DNA of 64,000 nt from an uncultured Verrucomicrobiae bacterium (GTDB taxonomy: Bacteria > Verrucomicrobiota > Verrucomicrobiia > Chthoniobacterales > UBA10450): positions 1,344,001-1,408,000 of the forward strand of contig CAVYXA010000001.1 of NCBI GenBank assembly GCA_963772365.1. The letters are read 5' to 3'. Each line of letters starts with the position of its first letter. The first letter of the stretch is position 1. The notes beneath the pieces were generated by a model. That model saw only the letters and a program-made list of their open reading frames with translations. It searched no databases and was not told the DNA's origin. The position numbers and the translations under genes were made by a program. Of this stretch, positions 37,282 to 46,857 are shown one piece after another.

Positions 37282-39417
37282 TCACGGCCTGAACAAGGTC
37301 CAGCCAGCAGTAACGATCGGGCCGTATGCTCCGCTGACAAAGGTGTGGTTGTTCAGGTACCACACAACTGAGCGGTGTGCTCCTGGACTAAAAAGAGCGT
37401 AATCAGCTTTGCCATCCCTATTGTAATCCGCTGTACCCACCAATGTATATCCGGCTGCAACAGTCGGTCCATAAGCAGCACTAATTCTCGTTACGCCATT
37501 TAGATACCAAATTGCAGTCTGCCTCGTCGGTGGGTAGTAAAGCAAATAATCGTTCTTCCCATCACGATTGAAATCGGCCACGCCCGCTACGGTCCAACCC
37601 GGCGGTAGAGTCGGCCCGTGAACGCCACTAACGTAAGTACTATTATTCAAGTACCAGATCACTGTTTGGTGAGTGGAGGTATTATAGAGGACATAATCGG
37701 GTTTGTTGTCTCTGTTAAAATCCCCGGCTCTCAAGAGAATCCAAGGAGCTGGCAGCGTTGGCCCGTACCTTTGAGTAATCAGATGTCCAGCCGATAAATA
37801 CCAGATTGCACTTTGGCGCGTACTGGAACGGTAAAGCAGGTAATCAGCTTTGCCATCAAGGTTGAAATCAGCGACGTCAATCAATTGCCAGCCTGCCGGA
37901 ATTGTCGGCCCGTACGTTGAGCCGATTCGTGTGATATTATTCAAATACCAAACTGCCGTCTGATGCGTACTGGGCTTGAGGAGCACGAAGTCGGCTTTTC
38001 GATCTCCATTAAAATCGAACCGAACCGGCTGCGGCGTTGTCCCGCCGCCATCCCACCCAATCACATCAAGATTGATCCCTTCGGGCGAAGTCGCAGTGAC
38101 ATCTAAATATTGGCCTGGGCAAAGGAAGGCATTTTGCGGATAAGGATGCGGCTGCGGGCAGGATGGGCTGTCCCAGTCTCCACGATCACCATTCGGGTTC
38201 TGACTAAAATCAACAATATTCGTGTTGCCGTTGTTGATCGAAAAATAGCGCAAACCAGTTGTCTGGTTACTCCTCACACCCGGGCTTGAAAAGCTAAAGA
38301 GATCTTGAGGCCTAAGAGCACCATTATTCTGGCAGAAAGGACAATCATGGTAGGTGCCGAAGCCCAGGACTTCATCCATCTCGTGTTGAAGTGATCGCTG
38401 CGCGTCATAGTTGCTGGCGCTAGGTGGCCGAGTGAACTGGAACGGATCAGCTGAATTCAGTGTGACGATCCCGTCATATGGCCCACCGCTGGATGAACAA
38501 GTCCCACTCGCGTCACACTCCGGCGGCGTGTTGAATCGAAGGGCTCTCCCATTGGCACTTGAGATAACGACGCTGTTAACTCCGGGCGGCGGCCCCGGCG
38601 GCAAATTCGCATTCGCGACATTATCATTCGCCGTGGTGTGATCCGCTACCAGAGCATTCAGATAAGTACTCCACGGTTCACTATTGATCCCGTAAACACT
38701 GTACGCATTGATACTGGGAGGCAGTGGAGTGCCATCGGGCTTGGTCGTTGCGTAGCGATATCGAATTGGCACTGTAACCGCGTCGCGATGGAGATTTTCC
38801 AGAATTCCGATCGCGCGATTGATGCAAGCCTCGATTGCCGCCGCGTTTGGCCTCCCAGTGATCGAAGAATCAAATGTCGGTACAATATTCAGACCCGTGG
38901 CGGGCTGGGTTATCACTTCAGTGGGCTCTGAACTCACGCCAGCGCCGGTCGCACCGTATGCCGTGACTCGATAATCGTACTTTGTGCCCGGCTGGAGGCC
39001 CGTCACAGCTGTTGCCGTAACACTGCCAACATTCAGCTTGCGATAGCCTTCCACATAACTCACAAATTCGCGAGTGGAAGATACGTCTAGGATATACCCA
39101 CTCGCCCCAGCCACCGCTTGCCAATTCGCCATGAAGGTGCTCCTCGTCGGCGGCGTTGTGGCGATGTACGCAGCTAGCTCTTCCGGACTTTCTGGCACCG
39201 TCGGCCCCTGAATACCCGCGTCCCTGTTCCAAGTGCTATGGCTATTGCTATTGGCTGGAACGCCGGCGTTTGGAGCAAAACTCTGCCTGCTCCCAGCTCC
39301 AGTTGAGCCTGCACGGAGCACGCTAATAGCCATGATGATGCCGATAAAGCAAAGAAGCGACCCCGCTAAAACGCGAGGGATAAAGAAGCCGGACTGGATG
39401 GAGCGATGTTTTTTCAT
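37282..39417 (-). CDS. Secreted protein: FN3 domain, putative zinc metalloprotease domain and FG-GAP/VCBS-like C-terminal domain
   Basis: 'VTGLQPGTKYDYRVTAY' FN3; 'QHEMDEVLG' HExxE; five terminal repeats. Confidence 0.85.
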   Translation of the reverse strand: MKKHRSIQSGFFIPRVLAGSLLCFIGIIMAISVLRAGSTGAGSRQSFAPNAGVPANSNSHSTWNRDAGIQGPTVPESPEELAAYIATTPPTRSTFMANWQAVAGASGYILDVSSTREFVSYVEGYRKLNVGSVTATAVTGLQPGTKYDYRVTAYGATGAGVSSEPTEVITQPATGLNIVPTFDSSITGRPNAAAIEACINRAIGILENLHRDAVTVPIRYRYATTKPDGTPLPPSINAYSVYGINSEPWSTYLNALVADHTTANDNVANANLPPGPPPGVNSVVISSANGRALRFNTPPECDASGTCSSSGGPYDGIVTLNSADPFQFTRPPSASNYDAQRSLQHEMDEVLGFGTYHDCPFCQNNGALRPQDLFSFSSPGVRSNQTTGLRYFSINNGNTNIVDFSQNPNGDRGDWDSPSCPQPHPYPQNAFLCPGQYLDVTATSPEGINLDVIGWDGGGTTPQPVRFDFNGDRKADFVLLKPSTHQTAVWYLNNITRIGSTYGPTIPAGWQLIDVADFNLDGKADYLLYRSSTRQSAIWYLSAGHLITQRYGPTLPAPWILLRAGDFNRDNKPDYVLYNTSTHQTVIWYLNNSTYVSGVHGPTLPPGWTVAGVADFNRDGKNDYLLYYPPTRQTAIWYLNGVTRISAAYGPTVAAGYTLVGTADYNRDGKADYALFSPGAHRSVVWYLNNHTFVSGAYGPIVTAGWTLFRP

Positions 39418-39646
39418 GATACGTGGATTGTTAAGTTGTTTGTTTCAGCGCTGTCCCGGGCAAAGCGCCAGACAAAATTCTGCGGAAAGCGGAAATTCTA
39501 GTCGCGATAGCAGGTTTCTAAGCATATTTGTTCTCACCTAAGGAAATGCGAAAAATCGACCATCAAAACGGACATTTCCCGCGAAAATAGTTCCCATTAT
39601 CCGATTAAACAGATAAGATTGAGAAGCGGCCGAGAGGAGGCCGGGA

Positions 39647-40207
39647 ATGAACGATATTACCCAGATTCTAAAAAACTGGAGTGCCGGAGACCAGAGCGCC
39701 GCCGACGAACTCATGCCGCTCGTTTATGAACAGCTTCGACAGCTAGCCCGGAACTATCTTTCCCGCGAGCGAGGCGACCACACCCTGCAGCCGACAGCAC
39801 TCGTCCATGAAGCTTATCTGCGGATGGCTGATCAGACACGGCTTACCTGGAAAGATCGGGCGCATTTTTACGGAATCGCCGCCCGCGTGATGCGAAGAGT
39901 CCTGGTGGATCACGCTCGTGCCTATAACGCCGCAAAACGTGGAGGTCTCCAGCAGAAGCTCACCATCGAGGAAGCACAAGAACTGCCGGCTGCGCCCGAT
40001 GTCGATCTTGTGCAGCTTGATGGCGCACTGGAGGACTTCGCGAAAGATTACCCGCGCAAGAGCGAAGTGGTGGAGCTGAAATTCTTCGGCGGACTCGATG
40101 CCAGGGAAATCTCCGAAGTATTGCACGTCTCGGAAAAAACGGTGTTACGCGATTGGAATTTCGCCAAGCTCTGGCTGTGCCGCGCGTTGAGCGAAAATGC
40201 AGCCTGA
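39647..40207 (+). CDS. ECF sigma factor of the kinase-associated type (ECF43/TIGR02999-like)
   Basis: 'HTLQPTALVHEAYLR', 'VVELKFFGGL', 'TVLRDW'. Confidence 0.92.
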   Translation: MNDITQILKNWSAGDQSAADELMPLVYEQLRQLARNYLSRERGDHTLQPTALVHEAYLRMADQTRLTWKDRAHFYGIAARVMRRVLVDHARAYNAAKRGGLQQKLTIEEAQELPAAPDVDLVQLDGALEDFAKDYPRKSEVVELKFFGGLDAREISEVLHVSEKTVLRDWNFAKLWLCRALSENAA

Positions 40208-42641
40208 GCGGGATAGCCCGGCGGAAGAAGCCGTCGCCGACTTCTCTTCCAGTCGAAAGCAGCGTGTCGCGGAGATCGTTGAAGCCGCGGTCGAACGTCC
40301 TTTGGCAGAGCGCGCAGGATTTCTGGATGAAGCTTGCGCCGGTGATGTCGATCTACGGCGCGAAGTTCAATCGCTCCTGGCGTTTCAAAATGACGCCACC
40401 GATTTCATTGAAAAGCCAGCGTATGAAATTGCCGGCGCCAAGCGTTCGGATTTTCAAGGCGAACTCAAATCTGGCGACCAGATTGATGATTACAAAATCA
40501 TATCGCAGATCGGGGAAGGAGGGATGGGCGAAGTTTACCTGGCCGAAGACCTAAAACTGGGCCGCAAAATAGCGATCAAGCTTCTTAAGCTCGGGCTTGG
40601 CACTGCGAACATTGTCCGGCGCTTTCGACAGGAAGAACGGATCCTGGCCGGCTTACTTCATCCTAATATCGCCCAACTGTACGGCGGCGGCGTTGCAACA
40701 AATGGATTGCCATATTTCGTGATGGAATATGTCGATGGCCCGCGGTTGGATGATTACTGCCGAGAAAGATTTCGAGATTCCGGTGCGGGTCATTTGTCGA
40801 TACTGGAGCAACTGGGCTCGTTTAGAAAAATCTGCTCCGCTGTCGCCTACGCGCATCAACGCCTGGTGATTCATCGCGACCTCAAGCCGGCTAACATTCG
40901 AGTCGCTGCGGATGGCGAACCGAAGCTCCTCGATTTCGGAATTGCGAAATTGCTCGATCCGGCCACCACCACTCCCGAAATGACCATGACGTTCGCCCCG
41001 ATGATGACGCCGGAATACGCCAGCCCGGAGCAAATCCGCGGAGAAAATATGACGACGGCAACCGATGTTTACAGTCTGGGCGTTCTCCTTTACGAGCTGC
41101 TAACCGGTATCCGGCCATACCGGCTGAAAACGCGCAACGCGACTGGAATTGCGCGAGCAATTGCCGAGCAGGAACCGATTAAGCCGAGCTTGGCGGTAGC
41201 TGAGGAGATTCCAACATCGAAAATCGATCGTCGAAGATCGCTCAAGGGCGATCTCGATAACATCGTGCTCAAAGCGCTGCGCAAGGAACCGGAGCGACGG
41301 TACGGATCGGTGACGGAACTGTCCGACGACATTCGCCGTTACATCGAAGGCCTTCCGGTGACGGCTCGCAAGGATACGCTTGGCTATCGCACGGCGAAGT
41401 TCATCGCGCGTCATCGGATCAGTGTAGCGGCCGCGGTTCTCATGGTTTTGATCCTCGCCAGCGGCGTAATAGCTGTCGGCTGGGAAGCGAACCAGGCAAA
41501 CCAGCAGCGCGCGCGCGCCGAACATCGATTCAACGAAGTACGGCGCTTGGCGAACTCGCTCCTCTTCGAGATGCATGATGCGATTCAAAATCTCCCCGGA
41601 TCCACGGCGGCACGCGAGCTCCTGGTGAAACGAGCGCTCCAGTATTTGGACAGCCTGGCGCGGGAATCAGGCAATGATCTGTCCCTGCAACGCGAGCTCG
41701 CGGCGGCGTATGTGCGAACCGGCAACGTTCAAGGCAATCCGAACAATGCGAATCTTGGGGACACGAGCGGTGCGCTAGAAAGTTATCGTCATGCCCAGCG
41801 TATCAACGACGAGATTTTGGCAGCGAATCCCGGCGATTCCGAGGCTCGACGTGCGCTGGCGATCAACGAAGAAAAGATGAGTGACGTGCAAGCGGCGATG
41901 GGAAAAATTGGAGCGGCCGTCGAGACTGCACGCAAATCGCTGGCAATTTTCAAGGCGCTAGCCAAAGCCAATCCTGCAAATCTGCGGGCACAACGCTCAG
42001 TGGCGATCAGCTACATGAAAACTGGCGATGTTCTCGGCAACTCGAATTTTCCAAATGCAGGCAATAATGAAGCCGCCATGGCTAATTACCAAGCTTCCTC
42101 CGAGATCGTTCACGCGCTTTACCGAGCCAATCCCAACAACGTGGACCTCGGAATGTGGCTCGGTCGGATTTACGAAAGAATCGGCACGATTCTGGAACAG
42201 CAGGGCAAAATCGACGCGGCAAAGCAGAGTTATGGTCAATCCCAACTAGTTCGTGAACGTTTGGCAAAAAGAAATCCGCAAAACGCCGATGCCGTTCGCG
42301 ATTTGGCGGTCGCCCACGAAAAGATGGGAAATGTCATGACAGCAGTTGGAGATTTAAATGCCGCACTCGAACATCGAAACAAGTCGCTCCAGATTTTTAA
42401 ACAACTTGCCATCGCCGACCCAAACAATGCGCAGGCTCAGTTATCGCTCGCCATTAGTTATATCCACTTGGGGGATCTGCTCGGCTATCCGGGCTCGCCG
42501 AATCTCGGACGCCGTGACGAGGCGCGCGAGAATTACCAACACGCAATCGACATTTTGCAGCGCGCGAAAAATTTCGGATCGACGGACGCCAAAGTGCAGA
42601 CCAACCTCGATCTGCTCCGCGATCGGATCCGGCAGTTGTGA
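40197..42641 (+). CDS. Hanks-type Ser/Thr kinase with TM segment and TPR region
   Basis: GEGGMGEVY, AIK, HRDLKPAN, DFG, TPEYASPE; overlaps the sigma gene. Confidence 0.95.
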   Translation: MQPERDSPAEEAVADFSSSRKQRVAEIVEAAVERPLAERAGFLDEACAGDVDLRREVQSLLAFQNDATDFIEKPAYEIAGAKRSDFQGELKSGDQIDDYKIISQIGEGGMGEVYLAEDLKLGRKIAIKLLKLGLGTANIVRRFRQEERILAGLLHPNIAQLYGGGVATNGLPYFVMEYVDGPRLDDYCRERFRDSGAGHLSILEQLGSFRKICSAVAYAHQRLVIHRDLKPANIRVAADGEPKLLDFGIAKLLDPATTTPEMTMTFAPMMTPEYASPEQIRGENMTTATDVYSLGVLLYELLTGIRPYRLKTRNATGIARAIAEQEPIKPSLAVAEEIPTSKIDRRRSLKGDLDNIVLKALRKEPERRYGSVTELSDDIRRYIEGLPVTARKDTLGYRTAKFIARHRISVAAAVLMVLILASGVIAVGWEANQANQQRARAEHRFNEVRRLANSLLFEMHDAIQNLPGSTAARELLVKRALQYLDSLARESGNDLSLQRELAAAYVRTGNVQGNPNNANLGDTSGALESYRHAQRINDEILAANPGDSEARRALAINEEKMSDVQAAMGKIGAAVETARKSLAIFKALAKANPANLRAQRSVAISYMKTGDVLGNSNFPNAGNNEAAMANYQASSEIVHALYRANPNNVDLGMWLGRIYERIGTILEQQGKIDAAKQSYGQSQLVRERLAKRNPQNADAVRDLAVAHEKMGNVMTAVGDLNAALEHRNKSLQIFKQLAIADPNNAQAQLSLAISYIHLGDLLGYPGSPNLGRRDEARENYQHAIDILQRAKNFGSTDAKVQTNLDLLRDRIRQL

Positions 42642-42714
42642 TTTGCCGAAGTGAAATTCGGCCGGGCATGGCTTGCTCATGCCGCTCTGGACGGTAGCAT
42701 GTCACTGATAAATC

Positions 42715-43104
42715 ATGGCCGAGCGCGCATTTGATTGGTTTAGACAAGCGGAGGCCGACTTGCGATTGGCTCGCAGCGCCCGCGACGCGGGTCATTACGA
42801 ATGGTCCGCCTTTGCCTGCCAGCAAGCCGCCGAGAAAGCCGTTAAGGCAGTATTTCAGCATTTGCACAAGGAAGCATGGGGCCATGTCTTGATTGCGCTT
42901 CTGGATGCGCTGCCAGCACAGGCCAAACCGAACGCCGAACTGATGGATCGTGCCCGCGTTCTCGACAGGCATTACATCCCTACGCGTTACCCAAGTGGCT
43001 TCGAACGCGGAGCTCCGGTCGATTTTTATTCGCAGAGAGATGCCAACGAAGCAATCGGACATGCCGAGGCCGTCCTTGAATTCTGTCGAAATCAAATCAG
43101 TTGA
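42715..43104 (+). CDS. HEPN domain protein
   Basis: 'DWFRQAEADL', 'QQAAEKAVKA', 'WGH', 'HYIPTRYP'. Confidence 0.92.
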   Translation: MAERAFDWFRQAEADLRLARSARDAGHYEWSAFACQQAAEKAVKAVFQHLHKEAWGHVLIALLDALPAQAKPNAELMDRARVLDRHYIPTRYPSGFERGAPVDFYSQRDANEAIGHAEAVLEFCRNQIS

Positions 43105-43414
43105 TACGGCCCGCGTGCGCCGCTGGATGGACGAGTACGCAACGCAGTTACTGGCGACACATCCCGCCGTGGAAGAAATCGTTGTGTTCGGTTCCTTCGC
43201 GAATGAGACCTACGCCCCGGGCAGCGATCTCGACGTGTTCATCATTCTGAGCACAGCGCAAAAGAGCCCACGTGACCGGATGACGGATTTTTTCCCAAGC
43301 AAATTCCTAGTTCCGGTGGATGTATTTGCCTTCACTCGCACAGAGATGGCCGAGTTGGAACCCTCGCCTTTACTGGCGGCGGTCAGAAAGAGTGGCTGGC
43401 GTTACACGAGATAA
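43061..43414 (+). CDS. Minimal nucleotidyltransferase (MNT)
   Basis: 'VFGSFANETYAPGSDLDVF' GS..DxD motif; overlaps the HEPN gene. Confidence 0.9.
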   Translation: MPRPSLNSVEIKSVDTARVRRWMDEYATQLLATHPAVEEIVVFGSFANETYAPGSDLDVFIILSTAQKSPRDRMTDFFPSKFLVPVDVFAFTRTEMAELEPSPLLAAVRKSGWRYTR

Positions 43415-43440
43415 GGAAAACAGAAGTGGAACATCAGAGA

Positions 43441-44427
43441 TCAAGAAATGAGAAGAACCGCCGTATTCTTGAGTTTGCCGGAACGGAATTTTTCCATGGC
43501 GATATTTGCTTCTTCGAGCCGAAAAGTTTCAGTCTGAGATTGAACGGGAATGCGCGGTGCGATTTTGAAAAATTCTTCTCCATCGCGTCGCGTGAGATTT
43601 GCCACCGAGGTAATTACGCGTTCGCCCCAAAGATCGCGATAGAGAAATGATGGGATGTCGCTCATATGAATCCCGCCGCAGATAACGATCCCGCCTTTTA
43701 CGAGCGCGCGCAGGGCCGTCGGAACCAGCGGCCCGACGGACGCGAAAATGATCGCGGCATCGAGCGGCTCCGGCGGTTGCTCATCGGAGCCGCCCGCCCA
43801 TTTTGCGCCTAGCTTTCTTGCGCTTTGTTGCGTTACCTCGTCGCCAGGTCGAGTGAAAGCGAAAAGCTCCCGGCCTTCATAAATCGCAATCTGCGCTATC
43901 AGATGCGCAGCGTTTCCGAAACCATAAATGCCGATCCGCCGCGCATCGCCAGTCTTGCGATAGGCGCGGTACCCAATCAGACCCGCGCAGAGAAATGGTG
44001 CAACATCGACGTCGCCATAGTTTTCCGACAGAGGAAAACAAAACCGGGCATCGGCCACGGCAAATTCCGCATAACCGCCATCGATCGTGTAGCCCGTGAA
44101 TTTTGCGTTATCGCAGAGGTTCTCCCGATTAGATCGACAATAAACGCACTCGCCGTCCGTCCACCCAAGCCACGGAACGCCGACCCGATCGCCGATGGAA
44201 AATCCACGGACACCATTGCCGATCTCTTCCACGCGTCCCACGATTTGATGCCCAAGAATCAGCGGCAACTTCGGCTCGGCCAATTCACCATCGACAATAT
44301 GCAAATCGGTCCGGCAAACCGCGCACGCAGCCACCCGCACAAGAAGTTGTCCCTTTGCCGCCTTGGGCTTCGGCACATCTCGCAACCGAAGCGGTTGCCG
44401 CGGCTTTTCGAGAATCATCGCGCGCAT
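43441..44427 (-). CDS. Zinc-dependent alcohol dehydrogenase family protein
   Basis: 'VCRTDLH', 'LGHQIVG', structural Zn Cys cluster, 'GIYGFG'. Confidence 0.95.
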   Translation of the reverse strand: MRAMILEKPRQPLRLRDVPKPKAAKGQLLVRVAACAVCRTDLHIVDGELAEPKLPLILGHQIVGRVEEIGNGVRGFSIGDRVGVPWLGWTDGECVYCRSNRENLCDNAKFTGYTIDGGYAEFAVADARFCFPLSENYGDVDVAPFLCAGLIGYRAYRKTGDARRIGIYGFGNAAHLIAQIAIYEGRELFAFTRPGDEVTQQSARKLGAKWAGGSDEQPPEPLDAAIIFASVGPLVPTALRALVKGGIVICGGIHMSDIPSFLYRDLWGERVITSVANLTRRDGEEFFKIAPRIPVQSQTETFRLEEANIAMEKFRSGKLKNTAVLLIS

Positions 44428-44509
44428 ACTGCCAAAACATATATGTCAGCATCTCATTACTCCAACCGAGTGGACACGGCGCGAACTTCGAACTTCGCCA
44501 ACCGCTCAA

Positions 44510-45223
44510 TCAGGGCCGATGGTGTTGCTGATATTCCGCAAGCCGCCTTTTCGCCTGTTGCAATTCCTGCTCGGTGTATTTTCCGCTTTGGATTGCTCGC
44601 TCCTCGTATTTAATGGCATTCTCGTAATCGCCATTCTCGGCATAAGCCAGCGCTAGCGTGCCCATGTACCTCGCTTTGCCCCGATCCAAATTGCACGCTT
44701 GCCTGGCATCAGCGAGGGCCTGTTTTAAGTCGTGAATGCTGCCGTCTCGACAACTCATCCGAAGTAATGCTCGCTCGTTCAGGGCGATCGCATTGACTTC
44801 AGCGTAGCTGTGGAAAGAGAGAATTTTGTTGAGATCATTCAGCGCGTCCTGACATCGGCCAAGGTTACGATAGATCTCGGCTCGAAGCGTAAATGTCCGA
44901 TAAAAATCCGGCCGTAAACGCGAGGCGATATTGCAATCTGCCAGCGCGGCTTTGGGTTGGCCGGCGGCGAGAGAAAGTCCCGCCCGATCGAGATATGCAG
45001 GCCACATGGTTTTGTCGATCTGAATCGCCTTATCAAAACAAAAGCGCGCACCTTTCATATCACCTTTCTGGGATAACTCGATGCCATGGTTGACGTAGTT
45101 AATAGCTTGAGCGTCAAAACGACCGTGAGGATCCATCATGAATACGTCCTTTTTGTCGGCCTTACTCGTGGCTCCAGCGAGACTAATGGCCAGAACGATC
45201 GCGAATTGGTGTTTTAGATTCAT
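44510..45223 (-). CDS. Exported TPR protein
   Basis: Signal peptide, TPR helices, 'TLALAYAENGDY'. Confidence 0.85.
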   Translation of the reverse strand: MNLKHQFAIVLAISLAGATSKADKKDVFMMDPHGRFDAQAINYVNHGIELSQKGDMKGARFCFDKAIQIDKTMWPAYLDRAGLSLAAGQPKAALADCNIASRLRPDFYRTFTLRAEIYRNLGRCQDALNDLNKILSFHSYAEVNAIALNERALLRMSCRDGSIHDLKQALADARQACNLDRGKARYMGTLALAYAENGDYENAIKYEERAIQSGKYTEQELQQAKRRLAEYQQHHRP

Positions 45224-45317
45224 GGTTCAGCTTCGAGCCGTTCTAAACCGGGCGACCGGAATTGACACGCGAAAACTGCGACGGACGCGATCCGTCCGAC
45301 GCGGCAGCAGCGCTTCG

Positions 45318-46832
45318 TCAAACCTGCGCGAGCGGTGATTCTGCGGGGCCGGCGATGACTTCGCCGGTGGGTTTGAATCGGGAGCCGTGACAGGGGCAAT
45401 CCCAGGTCGATTCGGCGCTGTTCCAACGAACGATGCACCCGAGATGTGGGCAAATCGCGCTGCGTTTTTGCACTTCGCCGTTTGAATCGCGATACGCGGC
45501 GATCTTTTTTCCATTCAATTTCAGGATCATTCCGGAATTGCGCTCCAATTCCCGCACCGAATCGCCTTCCGCTCGCGCGAGCCGATCCTTGATCATGTAA
45601 TACGGATAATCCGCGTTCTCCTTCACATAATCCCAGGCGCCGCCGCGGATCACTTTTCGATCGACATCGAAAAGATCGCGCCACGGATTCTTGCGGCCAG
45701 TCGCCCAATCGCGCGCCATCATCGCCGAGACCGTTCCAAAAGTAATTCCGTTGCCGCAAAAACCGGTGGCGATGAACTGACCGGGCGCGTTTTCACCGAT
45801 GAATGGTAGCCCGTCATTAGTCTCGATCACCTGACCGGACCAGCGATGCTCAATCTGCGCTTCCGGCGCGAATTTCTTCAAATGCATAACGAGGCGGCCA
45901 TAACAATTCTCCGTGTTCGTGACCTGACCGGTCTTGTGATCTTCGCCGCCGAAGATCGCGTAATCGAAATCATCGTCTCGATGGACGCGCAGATAATTGT
46001 AAGGATCGGCCGTGTCCCAAAACAGCGCGATGGGCAATGAATCCCGCGGGATCCGCGCTCCCAGCGCATAGCTGCTGTAGAGCGAAAGTTTCGTCTGAAA
46101 AACCGTGGCGCTACTGAGATCACTCAGCCCGACCAGTGGATTGTTCGTTGCCAGAATCAGACGATCAAATGTGATCCAATGCCCGTTCACTTTCACGCGG
46201 CGTTTCTCGGAATCGAATTCCTCCGCAGAGCTTTTTTCGAAAACGTCCGCGCCGCGTTCAACGATCTTTGCCGCTAACGGGCCGAGATATTTTCGCGGAT
46301 GAAACTCAGCCTGATCGGCGAAGCGAACGCCCGGCACGTTAAAAACCGGCACCGACTTGACCATGATGGCATCAAACCCGAGCTCCTGCGCGAGCTTTGC
46401 GTCCTGTTGCACTTCCGCACGATCGCTTTCACTCGGCTCGGCAAAAACCGATTCGTGAAAGTAACCGGGCACGCGGGTGAGTCGACACTCAATCTTTTCC
46501 TTATTTACAACGCGCTCGATCTCGTCGATTGCCGCAGCGCCGGCATCCCATACGGCTCGCGCGTGATCAGGTCCGAAGCGTTTCACCAGCCTTTGGAGCG
46601 GCGTGTCGGTAACGTAAGTCAGATGCGCCGTCGTATGCCCGGTATCAATTGAGGCGATTCCCTCCCGCTCGATCAAAGCGATTCGCAACCCGGCTTCCTG
46701 CAACAGATACGCCGTGGTCACTCCGGTCACGCCACCGCCGACGACCAATACATCTACTTCCAAGTCGGAGCGCAGTGGTGGAAAAGGACCGATCTGCATC
46801 GTGTCGATCCAATACGGCACATTTTTCATCAC
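45318..46832 (-). CDS. FAD-dependent oxidoreductase with C-terminal Rieske domain (YhfW-like)
   Basis: GGGVTG, 'TGHTTAH', 'CPHLGC...WDCPCHGSRF'. Confidence 0.93.
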   Translation of the reverse strand: MMKNVPYWIDTMQIGPFPPLRSDLEVDVLVVGGGVTGVTTAYLLQEAGLRIALIEREGIASIDTGHTTAHLTYVTDTPLQRLVKRFGPDHARAVWDAGAAAIDEIERVVNKEKIECRLTRVPGYFHESVFAEPSESDRAEVQQDAKLAQELGFDAIMVKSVPVFNVPGVRFADQAEFHPRKYLGPLAAKIVERGADVFEKSSAEEFDSEKRRVKVNGHWITFDRLILATNNPLVGLSDLSSATVFQTKLSLYSSYALGARIPRDSLPIALFWDTADPYNYLRVHRDDDFDYAIFGGEDHKTGQVTNTENCYGRLVMHLKKFAPEAQIEHRWSGQVIETNDGLPFIGENAPGQFIATGFCGNGITFGTVSAMMARDWATGRKNPWRDLFDVDRKVIRGGAWDYVKENADYPYYMIKDRLARAEGDSVRELERNSGMILKLNGKKIAAYRDSNGEVQKRSAICPHLGCIVRWNSAESTWDCPCHGSRFKPTGEVIAGPAESPLAQV

Positions 46833-46857
46833 CCATACTTTGCGTCTGCAGCGGGGA

